In this document: positions 1 to 9,722 of the stretch, one piece after another | How the letters are laid out: each line of letters begins with the position of its first letter | Numbering within the stretch: the first letter of the stretch is position 1 | Made by a program: the position numbers and the translations under genes | The notes under the pieces: generated by a model | Told to the model about the DNA's origin: nothing | The model's input: the letters and a program-made list of their open reading frames with translations, nothing else | The model's database searches: none | Assembly: GCA_963849325.1 (NCBI GenBank) | Contig: CAWKHF010000014.1 | Coordinates: 1 to 64,000 of the forward strand | DNA length: 64,000 nt | From: an uncultured Planctomycetota bacterium | GTDB lineage: Bacteria > Planctomycetota > Planctomycetia > Gemmatales > Gemmataceae | Reading direction: 5' to 3'

Positions 1-1
1 A

Positions 2-933
2 GAGCCTATCCGAATAACCTTGTGACGAGTACAATGTCTATAGCCCATCGGCACTTGTGTCTTGATGACTGGCGTTATGCGGAGGCTCTGCCATGGACGA
101 ACAACCCATCCCGGACGATTGGCGCATCCCCGATGATCTCTGGGAGGCCATCGCACCGCTGCTGCCCGAACACAAAAACACCCACCGCTTCGGCGGCGGT
201 CGGCCCCGCAAGCCCGACCGCGTCTGCATGGAGGCCATCCTCTTCGTGCTGCGCACCGGCTGTCAATGGAAGGCCCTGGACGCCACCAAGTTCTGCCCCG
301 GCTTCCACCGCCCACGACCGCTTTCAAGAATGGGTCCAGGCCGGCGTCTTCCAGAAACTGTGGGAGCACGGCCTGATGGCCTACGACGACTGGAAAGGCA
401 TCGATTGGTCCTGGCTGTCGATGGACGGGTGCATGACCAAGGCACCCCTTGGGGGGGAAAAAGACGGGCAAAAACCCCACCGATCGGGCCAAGAAGGGCA
501 GCAAACGCAGCCTGCTGGTCGAGGCCGAGGGCATCCCGGTCGGGTTGGCCGTGGACGGTGCCAACCGTCCCGACATGAAGATGGTCGAAGAGACGCTGGA
601 CAGCATCCCCGTGGAGCGTCCCGAGCCGACGGCCGACGAGCCGCAGGGGTCTGTGCCTGGACTTGGGCTACGACTATGACGAGGTGCAAGAGATCGCCGA
701 GGAGTTCTACTTCACGACGCATCTGCCGCCTCAAAAGGGAGCCGCGCAGCAGGTGAAGCGGAAGGCGGGCCACAAGGCGCGTCGTTGGGTGGTGGAGCGG
801 ACGCACAGTTGGATGAATCGCTTCCGTGGCGTCCTGATCCGCTGGAGCAAGAAGGCCGAGAACTATATTGCCCTGTTGCATATGTCCTTCGCCTTCATCA
901 TTTACAAGCGTATGGGGTTAACCGGATAGGCTC
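2..933 (+). mobile_element. IS5-family insertion sequence (IS427/IS1031-like), complete
   Basis: Terminal inverted repeats: 1-19 AGAGCCTATCCGAATAACC vs revcomp of 916-934 AGAGCCTATCCGGTTAACC (17/19). TA follows the right end (934-935) and base 1 is A, consistent with a TA duplication. Confidence 0.9.
93..929 (+). CDS. IS5-family DDE transposase (split over 4 frames)
   Basis: Motifs ILFVLRTGCQWKAL, STAHDRFQEW, SMDG, GKNPTDRAKKGSKR, DxGYD, RWVVERTHSWMNRFR in ORFs 93, 22, 449 and 663. Confidence 0.9.
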
Positions 934-1513
934 TAAAGCCGCGGTCCAACAGCAGATAACGCGGGCGGATGCCGGCCCGCGCCGCCTCACGCAGCAGCCG
1001 CTTGAGCACCTCCGGCATGGCGTCGTGGCGGGCCACCGGGGTGAGGGCAACGGTGAAGCGTCGGCCCTTCTGGATGACGTAGGCGGTGGCGTAGGCGTGG
1101 AAGTGGCTGGTGCCGCTCTTGGCTTGGCTGCGGTAGACCTCGTCGGCGTGGTGCAGGGGTCTGCCGTGGTAGGGGATGAGCACCAAGTCGATGGCCAAGG
1201 GCTGGCGGCGTCGGCGTAAGGCGTGGGGCAGGTCGCCTTGCAGGGCGCGGTTGAGGCGGCGTTGCAGTTCGGCGTAGTCAGGGAGGGTGGCGAGCAGGGC
1301 GTCGTGGGCGGCGGTGTCGGAGGGCGCGTCGCGGAGGGCGGCGCAGGCGGCGGCCAGAGAGATGATGCGGCTGGCGGCGTAGCAGAGGACGGCCCACAGG
1401 GTATCGGCTCGGCAGCGGGGGCCGTGGTCAGCCAGGCGGAGATATTGTTGCATCCGGGCGCTGACGTGGGCGTGGACGTGGGCGGGGGTGAGTGTATACT
1501 GCCGTTGTCGCAT
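934..1513 (-). pseudogene. ISH3-family transposase, N-terminal part
   Basis: LAIDLVLIPYHG, AKSGTSHFHAYAT and LLLDRGF, after which the frame reads into the IS5 inverted repeat. Confidence 0.75.
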
Positions 1514-1616
1514 GGCTCCCTCCTGGAATGTCCTTGGTGGTACAAGTCATTCTCAGGAGGAGCCTTGCGATTGTCTCCCTCACCCCTCCTCCCTCAGCCC
1601 GAACCGGAAACTACTG
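934..1616 (-). mobile_element. ISH3-family (IS4-like) element, interrupted by the IS5
   Basis: Putative end CAGTAG on the minus strand at 1616-1611. The transposase is cut at the TA next to the IS5 end. Confidence 0.65.
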
Positions 1617-1721
1617 AATTTACCTTCACGTCCGGGACTTGCCCTTCGCTGCTCTGGTCCGTAGGCCAGCTAAAGGAAGCCGCGGCCGCCCGCGCCGGCA
1701 GGCTTCGGAAGACGAGGAGGC

Positions 1722-2441
1722 ATGCCCATGACGCCGGTTACGCGCGAGTTCTTCCCCAGGGTCCGCAAAACGGTCGTCCCCCGCCCCGTGGTGAAGCTGG
1801 AGACGGACGTGCTGGGACAGAGCGGCTCGGTGCGCGCCGCGGCGGCCACCATCTACGGAGCCAACTGGCACCACGACTCGTTCCAGGACCTCATCGAAAT
1901 CTGGGACGCGGGTCCGGCGCTATGCTTCAAGGACGTCCTGCCGCGCAAGGACAAGTATGCCCGCGAGGGGCTTTATCTGCGATTGTCGCTGGCCTACCGG
2001 ACGACGGCGAACGCCTTCGCCAACATCCGCACCTTCTCCGGCAACCACGTCAACCTGCCCAACGCCCCCGAAGGCGCCATGTACGACGATCCGTACACGC
2101 GCTTCTTTGTCACCGACGACTGTACCCTCAACATCAATTCCATCTACCGCGAGGAGCGGCTGTGGTTGCAGCGCGTGGACTGGGAATGGGTCAGCCAGGA
2201 CACCATCTACGAGGATGAGTTGGCCTACCAGGAGCCGTACCAGGATCGGACCCGCGACGAGGTCGAGGCGCTGTACGCCGAGAAGAAGATGGACGATGAC
2301 AAGGTCAAGGAAATATTGCTCGACAAGATTTGCGGCGACACCACCTTCGCCAAGCGCTGTCTGCTGCTTTTGGGCGAGGACAGGCTGCTTCGCCAGGATC
2401 TCGTCGCCCTGCATGGGATGCTCAATCATGCCTCCGACTGA
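1722..2441 (+). CDS. hypothetical protein overlapping the glgB start
   Basis: GAGGAGG RBS, GC3-rich codons, 239 aa, no family recognised. Confidence 0.75.
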   Translation: MPMTPVTREFFPRVRKTVVPRPVVKLETDVLGQSGSVRAAAATIYGANWHHDSFQDLIEIWDAGPALCFKDVLPRKDKYAREGLYLRLSLAYRTTANAFANIRTFSGNHVNLPNAPEGAMYDDPYTRFFVTDDCTLNINSIYREERLWLQRVDWEWVSQDTIYEDELAYQEPYQDRTRDEVEALYAEKKMDDDKVKEILLDKICGDTTFAKRCLLLLGEDRLLRQDLVALHGMLNHASD

Positions 2442-4476
2442 TCCCCGGCGGAAGCGGCCCGCCCCCAAGACCGCCGCGAAGCCCGTCGCCGAGCCGGCAC
2501 GTCCTCCCCAGCCGTCCAGTGAGCCGGTACGCGCCGAACAGCAGCCGATGGAGCCGGTATGCACGGAGCCGGTACGTCCGGAGCCGCCGCCGGACCCGTC
2601 CAAGCTGCGCTCCATCCCCGATCTCGACCTCTATCTCTTCAACGTGGGCGAACATCGCCGCGCCCACCGCCTGCTCGGCGCCCATCTCGTGGACGATGGC
2701 GTTCGCTTCGCCGTGTGGGCGCCCAACGCCAAGTCCGTCTCCGTCGTCGGCAGCTTCAACGGCTGGAACGCGGACGCGCACCCGATGGAGCGCCGCGGCA
2801 GCACCGGCGTCTGGGAGCGCTTCCTCCCCGGACTCGGTCACGACATCTACTACAAGTTCGCCGTGCAGAAGCCCGATGGCCGCCGTGAGTTTCGCGGCGA
2901 TCCCTTCGCCCGCTTCCTGCAGAACGACGCCAACCGCACGCCGATCTTCGCCGAGACCTATTACGAGTTCAAGCATCCGAAGGTCACACTCGACGACAAG
3001 TTCACCGGCGCCCTCAACGTCTTCGAGGTCCATCCTCTGTCGTGGCGTTTCAAGGATGGCCGGCCCCTCAGCTACCGCGAGCTGATCGACGAGCTGGTTC
3101 CCTACGTCAAGTACATGGAGTACACGCACGTCGAGCTGATGGGCATCCTCGAACATCCGTATGTTCCCTCCTGGGGCTACCAGGTGATCGGCTTCTATGC
3201 CCCGACCTCGCGGCTGGGTTCGCCGACCGACTTCAAGCGTCTCGTCGATGCCTTCCACCGCGAGGGCATCGGCGTAATCCTCGACGAGGTGCTGGTCCAC
3301 TTTCCCAAGGACGCGACCGGCCTGGCCCTGTACGACAACGATGTCCACCTGTTCGAGTGCCCCATCCCCGAGCGGCGGCACACGCCCTGGGGCACCTCCT
3401 ATTTCGACTTCGCCCGCAACGAGGTCAAGAGCTTCCTCATCTCCAGCCTGTTCCACTGGATCGAGGAATATTACATCGACGGATTTCGCTTCGACGCCGC
3501 CGGGCAGTTCCATTACTACGAGTTCGCCACGGAGGAGAAGTTCCAGGCTTTCCTGCGCAAGTACGGCAACTGTCACAACCCGGAAGGGTTTCGCTTCATG
3601 CAGTCGATGAACTGGGCCGTCAAGGAGGAACATCCCGAGACGCTGCTCATCGCCGAGGACTCGACCATCGCCGCCGGCGTGACGCGGCCGGTGGAGCACG
3701 GCGGCCACGGCTTCGACTTCAAATGGGACCTCGGCTGCACCTCGCACATGCTGAAGTTCTTCCGCGCGCCGTACAGCAAGCGCGGCGCGGTCTACGGCGA
3801 TCTCACTTATCCGATGTTGTATCACCACACCGAGAATTTCCTGCTTCCCCTGGGTCACGATGAAGTCGTCCACATGAAGCGCAGCATGGTCAACAAGACC
3901 GAGGATCTGACCGACTTCGAGAAATTCGCCAACGTCCGCTTGCTGTATCTCTTGCAGTTCGGCTATCCCCAGAAGAAGCTGCTCTTCATGGGTCAGGAGT
4001 TCGGCCAGAAGAGCGAATGGAACGCGGAAGGGCCACTGCCCTGGGAGTCCACCTGGGATCCGTTGCATCGCTCGCTGCAATGGTTCGTCAAACGGCTCAA
4101 CGAAGTATACAAGTACATTCCGGCAATGCACGAGGGCGACAACATCCCCAACGGCTTCGAGTGGATCGAGTGCCAGAATCATCAGCACCTGATCCTCGCC
4201 TTCATCCGCTACGACCGGGAGTACAAGGACCACCTGGTTTATTTGCTCAACCTGTCGAAGCAGCATTTTCCGGAGTTTCGTCTCGGGGTGCCCTTCGCGG
4301 GGAAGTATTACAAGGTCATCGACACGGACGCTAAGGAATTCGGCGGCAACGGCCACAACTGGGTCAACGAATACGAGGCGACGGCCGACCCCGCCTTCCA
4401 TCACCCCCACAGCTTCCGCACCCAACTCTTTCCGCTGCACGGGATGATTTTCCGCTTTGTTTCGGCACGTCCGTAA
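2428..4476 (+). CDS. glgB: 1,4-alpha-glucan branching enzyme (GH13), divergent
   Basis: FAVWAPNA (CBM48), SWGYQ, DGFRFDA, IAEDST, LGHDEVVH, KKLLFMGQEFGQ. ATG at 2428. Confidence 0.9.
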   Translation: MPPTDPRRKRPAPKTAAKPVAEPARPPQPSSEPVRAEQQPMEPVCTEPVRPEPPPDPSKLRSIPDLDLYLFNVGEHRRAHRLLGAHLVDDGVRFAVWAPNAKSVSVVGSFNGWNADAHPMERRGSTGVWERFLPGLGHDIYYKFAVQKPDGRREFRGDPFARFLQNDANRTPIFAETYYEFKHPKVTLDDKFTGALNVFEVHPLSWRFKDGRPLSYRELIDELVPYVKYMEYTHVELMGILEHPYVPSWGYQVIGFYAPTSRLGSPTDFKRLVDAFHREGIGVILDEVLVHFPKDATGLALYDNDVHLFECPIPERRHTPWGTSYFDFARNEVKSFLISSLFHWIEEYYIDGFRFDAAGQFHYYEFATEEKFQAFLRKYGNCHNPEGFRFMQSMNWAVKEEHPETLLIAEDSTIAAGVTRPVEHGGHGFDFKWDLGCTSHMLKFFRAPYSKRGAVYGDLTYPMLYHHTENFLLPLGHDEVVHMKRSMVNKTEDLTDFEKFANVRLLYLLQFGYPQKKLLFMGQEFGQKSEWNAEGPLPWESTWDPLHRSLQWFVKRLNEVYKYIPAMHEGDNIPNGFEWIECQNHQHLILAFIRYDREYKDHLVYLLNLSKQHFPEFRLGVPFAGKYYKVIDTDAKEFGGNGHNWVNEYEATADPAFHHPHSFRTQLFPLHGMIFRFVSARP

Positions 4477-4488
4477 TCAAGGTCGACC

Positions 4489-4541
4489 GAGCCGGCGTTA
4501 GCCGGCTGGTTGGAGGTCGCACCAGCCGGCTAACGCTGGCC
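4489..4541. repeat. palindromic REP-like hairpin / possible terminator
   Basis: GCCGGCGTTAGCCGGCTGGT ... ACCAGCCGGCTAACGCTGGC immediately after glgB. Confidence 0.6.
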
Positions 4542-4731
4542 GTTCGCACATCATGCTACGCCAGCAAAAGGGTCTGAATCGGTGGTTCTTTCGGAGTGGG
4601 ACGGGCAAAATGAGTCATCGTTCGCAAAAAGGAGGGCGTCCTGCCCTGCGGAGGCTGGGCGAGATGTGGTAAAGTAGGAGGAGCGAAGTGATCCTTCATC
4701 TCGACAACTCGCAATCTGGAAGTGAACCACC

Positions 4732-6029
4732 ATGTCCATCGCTCCGGCCCAGACCAGCAGTGACCCTCGCGCCAGGGCCAGCCTGGCGTTTTTGCAATTC
4801 CTCTTCGGAGATTATCGGCCGCGCGATTTCGCGGTTCGCTTCTGGGACGGCAGTGGCTGGGATCCAGAGCCGGGACAGACGGCCCGGCTTACGCTGGTCT
4901 TCAAGCATCCGGGAGCGGTGCGGGCCATGTTCTGGCCGCCGCGCGGACTGAGCATCGCCGAGGCGTTCCTGTTCGACGATTACGACGTCGAAGGGGACAT
5001 CGAGTCGTTGTGGCTGCTGGTCAAGCACCTGGGCGAGGGGAGGACGTTCGGCCTCGTCGATAAGCTCCGCTTCCTCGGTCACGTGCTGCGGTTGCCGCGG
5101 GAGAGACGGCCGCGCGTCGGCGGGCCGCCGCGCGTTCGACTCAAGGGCGCAAGCACTCGGTGGAGCGCGACCGCGAGGCCGTCTCCTACCACTACAACGT
5201 GTCCAACAAGTTTTACGGCCTGTGGCTGGACCAGAATATGGTCTATACCTGCGCCTACTTCCACACACCCGAAGACAGCATCGACAAGGCGCAGGAACAA
5301 AAACTCGATCACGTCTGCCGCAAGCTGCGGCTGCGTCCGGGCGAGAAACTGCTGGACGTGGGATGCGGCTGGGGCGCGTTGTCCATCCATGCCGCCAAGC
5401 ATTACGGCGTCGAGGCGCTGGGCGTCACCATCAGTCAGCCGCAGGTCGATTTCGCCAACGAGCGCATTCGCCGCGAAGGCTTGACCGGCCGCTGCCGCGT
5501 CGAAAACCGCGATTATCGGCAGGTCGAGGGGATGTTCGACAAGATCGCCGCCATCGGCATCCTCGAACACGTCGGCGAGTCGATGTTTCCAACCTACTTC
5601 CAGTCGGCCTGGGACCGCCTCAAGCCGGGTGGCTCGTTCCTCAGCCACGGCATTGCGGTGCGCGGCGATCAGACACTGCCGAAAGGACCGACCTTCGCTC
5701 ACTGCTACGTCTTCCCCGATGGCGAGTTGATCCCCATCGGCCGGAACTTGACCTACGCCGAGCAGAGCGGCTTCGAGGTGCGCGACGTCGAGAACCTCCG
5801 CGATCACTATCACCTGACGCTGCTGCACTGGCTACGGCGATTGGAGGAGCACGCCGACGAGGTGCGGGCGCTTACCGACGATGTGACCTATCGCATTTAT
5901 CGCCTTTACCTGGGCATCTCGGCATTGCTGTATCGACTGGGCCGGGTCAATCTCTACCAGGCGCTTCTCGTCAAGTCGCCCAACGGTGAGATGCCGTTGC
6001 CGCTGACGCGGGCGGACTGGTACGCTTGA
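4732..6029 (+). CDS. cfa: cyclopropane-fatty-acyl-phospholipid synthase family methyltransferase (frameshift ~5150)
   Basis: HYNVSNKFY, MVYTCAYF, LDVGCGWG, EHVG, YVFPDGEL. Confidence 0.88.
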
Positions 6030-6060
6030 TGATTGATGACCCCTCATCAATTTGATGAGT

Positions 6061-6158
6061 CGCCCACGAGTATCCGAATCGTTGCGAGCGGTCAAGCTGG
6101 TCAGAATGTCTCGAAAAACCAGAACAGCCGCTCGGTCTTCTGCCGCGTCTTGTTCGGC
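6061..6158 (-). other. degenerate attC-like site
   Basis: Shares TGTCTCGAAAAACC with the 6923-7020 site at identical spacing. R'' GCCGAAC is intact; the R' core is degenerate (GTG instead of GTT). Confidence 0.55.
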
Positions 6159-6191
6159 CCACAATAACTGTTTCCGGAAACCACCCGTTGC

Positions 6192-6606
6192 TTACGGGAT
6201 AACCTCCACTGCCGTTCCATTGGCAAACCGATAAACATAGAAGTCCCGATCCAGGGTGAAGACCTGTTGCGTGGCGAGCCGCTCGGCGGCGGCGGCGACG
6301 ACCGAGGCGTCGGCGAAATCCATCGGCAAGTCCCGGTACTTCTCCATCAACTCGGCCATCCTCGCCCAGTTCCGTCTCGCTTGGCCCATGCAGGATCAGG
6401 CGACCTGTCTCGACAAGCCGCCACAGCGCTTCCTGCCCGACGTAGCCGCCCGCCCGGTGCAGTAAGTACATGGCCTCGGTAAAGCATGGCCATGTCGTCA
6501 CCAGCGGCCCGGAGGGCAAGGTTTTCGCGGCGCTGACGCAGATACTGTGGTTGGGGTCGTTGCGATTGAGCAGAGCAACCAGTGGGCCGGTATCGGTGAG
6601 GATCAC
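6192..6606 (-). CDS. vapC: PIN-domain VapC toxin (frameshift ~6375)
   Basis: ILTDTGPLVAL, CFTEAMYL, PMDFADAS, FTLDRDF. Confidence 0.88.
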
Positions 6607-6872
6607 GGCTGCCCCCGCCGCTGCTTATCGGTCAGTCCCTCGGCGAAGCGGCGGCCGCAGTCCTCGGAGAGCAATTCCGCCGTTCCGGCGACCGCGCCGA
6701 TGTGACCCGCGAGGAAATCGAAGAGGGTATCGGCGGGAACAGCCTCGCCCGGACGCGGCGCGAAAAGCCGCCGCAATCCATCAAGGGCAAGTAGTTCCGG
6801 CGTAGTACCCCGGCGCAAGGCTTCATCAACGAGACGGCTCTCCAGGTCAGGCGGAAGCGTGATGATCGTCAT
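6603..6872 (-). CDS. putative VapB-type antitoxin
   Basis: 89 aa, ITLPPDLESRL RHH-like start, GTGA overlap with vapC, GGAGG RBS. Confidence 0.75.
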   Translation of the reverse strand: MTIITLPPDLESRLVDEALRRGTTPELLALDGLRRLFAPRPGEAVPADTLFDFLAGHIGAVAGTAELLSEDCGRRFAEGLTDKQRRGQP

Positions 6873-6922
6873 TTTGTACCTCCCCCCTATTCTACCGCGG
6901 CGCCACCCGAAGGCCACGCGCC

Positions 6923-7020
6923 GTCGAACGACAAAGCTCCCCTGCCGAGGCCGCCTGCAAGTGCGCGGTGTCTCGAAAAACCCGTATGGCGGCCCCGGTC
7001 AGGTGCGGGACTTGTTATTT
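6923..7020 (-). other. attC-like integron recombination site
   Basis: Minus strand AAATAAC ... GCACCTGACCGGGGCCGCC ... GGCGGCCTCGGCAGGGGAGC ... GTTCGAC. Imperfect 98-bp palindrome with extrahelical bases, 13 bp downstream of the DUF4279 stop. Confidence 0.75.
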
Positions 7021-7033
7021 GCCGCCGCCACCC

Positions 7034-7498
7034 TCAAGCAATGATTACAGATACACCAAACGGGACTTCCAGAGCCGTGAACAACTCCAAGAACTTGTGC
7101 GATACTTCAAACCCCGCCGTATCGCAGTTGGACCGATACCCACAGAAGACATCGACCTTGAATCGCTGTTTCAGCGCCTTGAGATACTCAACATGCGGCC
7201 GCACCACTTGCCACAGCCCCTCGATGTGGCGTTCGAGCGGCTCGGTTTCAGGCACCGCCGGCTCGAAATGCCACGCATCGTCACGCCAGGCAGGTGAACG
7301 TGGCCCACGGTGTTCGCCCTTGCGATGAAGGTGCGTTGGTTCGACCCCTAGCCGCTCACTGATCTCCTGAAACGGCACCCCGTCACCGTGAATGCGCAGC
7401 GTTGCGCTGAAGCGGAAGTAGTTCGCTTCGTCCGGTTCTTCGCCGTTGAGGAAGCCCCTCAACGTGCGAAACATCTTGGGCGTATCAGCGTCATCCAT
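7034..7498 (-). CDS. DUF4279 domain protein
   Basis: EISERLGVEPTHLHRKGE...W pattern, acidic 154-aa protein. Confidence 0.7.
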   Translation of the reverse strand: MDDADTPKMFRTLRGFLNGEEPDEANYFRFSATLRIHGDGVPFQEISERLGVEPTHLHRKGEHRGPRSPAWRDDAWHFEPAVPETEPLERHIEGLWQVVRPHVEYLKALKQRFKVDVFCGYRSNCDTAGFEVSHKFLELFTALEVPFGVSVIIA

Positions 7499-7530
7499 AG
7501 GCACATAACTTGCTCTTCGACGTCTTCGAG

Positions 7531-7923
7531 CTACGACAGTTCCTCTGGACGGGGCACCCTCACGTTACCGAGGAACCGCTCCTCCGACGCTCCGAGTTGG
7601 CGGTAGTTGGCACGTGCTTGGGTTAAACTCAGCGCCCCGTTGGGGCCGCCACGAACCACGTCGGCATCGTGATCGTCCTGGCCGTCATCTTCCCAGAAGC
7701 AGACCGGGCAGATGTCGTACCCGCCGCGTTCGTCGAGCGTCCGGAACCCGCAACAGGGGCACCGGAATGGGCCGGCCTCACTCTCGGCCGAGCGGATGGA
7801 GTTGCACGCTTGTTGCTCGACGTACCACTCGAACCACCGCTGGCGTCGGTTCAGTTCTTGCGGTGACGGCTCCATGTAACCTCTTGCCTCGCTTCGCCGA
7901 ACTTGTTCTTCGAGCATGCGCAC
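7531..7923 (-). CDS. CPCC-family cysteine-rich protein
   Basis: CPCCGFRTL, ICPVCFWEDDG, GPNGALSLTQARANY. Confidence 0.85.
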   Translation of the reverse strand: MRMLEEQVRRSEARGYMEPSPQELNRRQRWFEWYVEQQACNSIRSAESEAGPFRCPCCGFRTLDERGGYDICPVCFWEDDGQDDHDADVVRGGPNGALSLTQARANYRQLGASEERFLGNVRVPRPEELS

Positions 7924-8109
7924 CCTAATACCCCGCTTAGGTGCGCCCTAATACAGATAGCTCAAACCTAGGGCACCTCGCTGTCAAGCGAAAAATCCTC
8001 AACCTGTGCCGTTTTAATTTGACGATTTAATCGAGCCGATTGGAGGGACAATCGAAGGTTGCCCTCCTTCGCTTACGCTTCAAGCTCAGAGGCGTTAAGA
8101 ACGCAGGTA

Positions 8110-9667
8110 TCAGAATCGTTGCGAGCCGATCCGGTACGCCGATGCTAGGGCCAGACCCCACCAGAGCACCCCGAAGGGCAGGGCAAGCGGCAACTGTTGG
8201 CGCAGCGCCGGCAGGAAACCAGGGGCCAGTCCGAGCACGCCCACAAGGGCGAGCGCGGTCAGCACCAGGGCGAACGCGCCCGAGGGCGACGGAGCCGTGA
8301 TTGCCAGCCCCGCGCAGGACACCCACACCGATGACGACCGCGCACGGCCAGGCCAGCCCCAGGGAATGAATACCGAGTTGGGACGCCGCCAGCAGTAGCA
8401 GAATGAATGCGATCGCGGCGGCAGTCAGTCCGAGTGCCGTGCCTCTCAAGACCTGCCGGCACCGGGCGGATCGATCCGGCGCGGGGAGCGCAACGGACTC
8501 GGGGGCGCGTCCATCATGTCGCCCTTGCTCGACCAGGGACTGCAAAGCGGAGGCCATTCGCTCCTTCTGCTTTGGCGATGGGGGGGCGTGGACGTTGGGT
8601 TGGTAGTCGCGGTTAGCGTGCAGGTAGGCGATCATCTGCTGCTCGAAAGCCGGAGTGAAAGAGAGACCAAGCTGGTCGTAGACTCGCCGCATGGTCCCGA
8701 GTGGATCGGCCTGGAGATCCTGCAAGCGAATCTCGGCGAGGTCGCCCGCGGGGATCAGCGCGCGCGTCCGCCGATACTCCTCCTCGGTGGCGACGAACTC
8801 GCCGAGCACGTACTCCTCCAACTCCTCCTCTTCAAGAGGCGGCTGGAGTCCGCAGATGTCCGTCAGCTGGCGAAGCATGGCCACGTTGGAGCGGAAGACC
8901 TTATGGGGATGTCGCGAAATGTAGACGAACTTTACGCCCGTGGTGTTCCGGTACAGATCCAGCAAGGCCGCGATGCGCGCCGTGTGCGCCGGTGTTTTCA
9001 GGAGGACACGCCGTCCTCCGGCCTGCGGCGCCAGCTTGCGTACGAAGGCGAGCTGATAGAGTCGCCAGCGCCGGCGCTCGGCGGGGGTCAGGTCTTTCAG
9101 GTCGTGGAAGCGGTCGTAGAACGGGTGGGCCTGCGGAAGAACGATTCGTCCGGGTAGGGTCGAGGCCAAGACCCCGTTGTTGAGGGCGAAATCGTCCTCG
9201 GCCGGGACCAGGGGACCGAAGGCGACGTTGTCCTGCGGCCGGTTTCGCGGGAAGAACGGTAACACGAACCAGCGGAGTAGGGTCCACGTCAGCCACCATC
9301 CCTGCGGCGCGAACGCCTGCCCCCAGTGCGGCGCGTAAAGGTTCGGGTCGCAACTCAGCAGGTACTGTAACAGGGTTGTTCCCGATCGGTAATAACCTAA
9401 AATGATGACCGGACCAGGCCGCTGTTTCTCCCGCTTCGACAGCCGCAGGTAGAGGGCAGCGATTATCCGTTCCGGCAGCGTGACGAGGGTGAACAGGGAG
9501 GACAGCAAGAGAGCGAATGCCAGGCGCGGCCAGAAGCGTGGCGAGATCGTCACGCGCGGCCGGAACAGCAAACGAAACCACACGTCCAGCGGGGCGAAGC
9601 CCATGAAATGAACGTGGGGGAACGGGATCGATCCGAGAACGGATGGAGCCGGCCGCATGGTTGTCAT
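8110..9667 (-). CDS. PAPS-dependent sulfotransferase with C-terminal membrane segments (frameshift ~8280)
   Basis: PSB motif IILGYYRSGTTLLQ, LLKTPAHT, SRHP..VFRS, and a hydrophobic C-terminus. Confidence 0.85.
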
Positions 9668-9677
9668 TTCTTTCCGA

Positions 9678-9722
9678 GCCGCTTGCGGCTTAGCGCGAGG
9701 AGCACGCTAAGCCGCAAGCGGC
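9678..9722. repeat. REP-like palindrome family A (also 25078-25127; half copies 16344-16361, 24071-24089)
   Basis: GCCGCTTGCGGCTTAGCG ... CGCTAAGCCGCAAGCGGC. Confidence 0.8.

Noticed and set aside
2422-4440. Long antisense ORFs (also 17182-18780, 39485-41695, 52515-53894, 56216-57799)
   Set aside because: Shadow ORFs opposite well-supported genes in high-GC DNA, with no motifs.
4732-6029. cfa as part of the PKS/NRPS cluster
   Set aside because: Opposite strand and separated by the cassette array. Plausible but unsupported.
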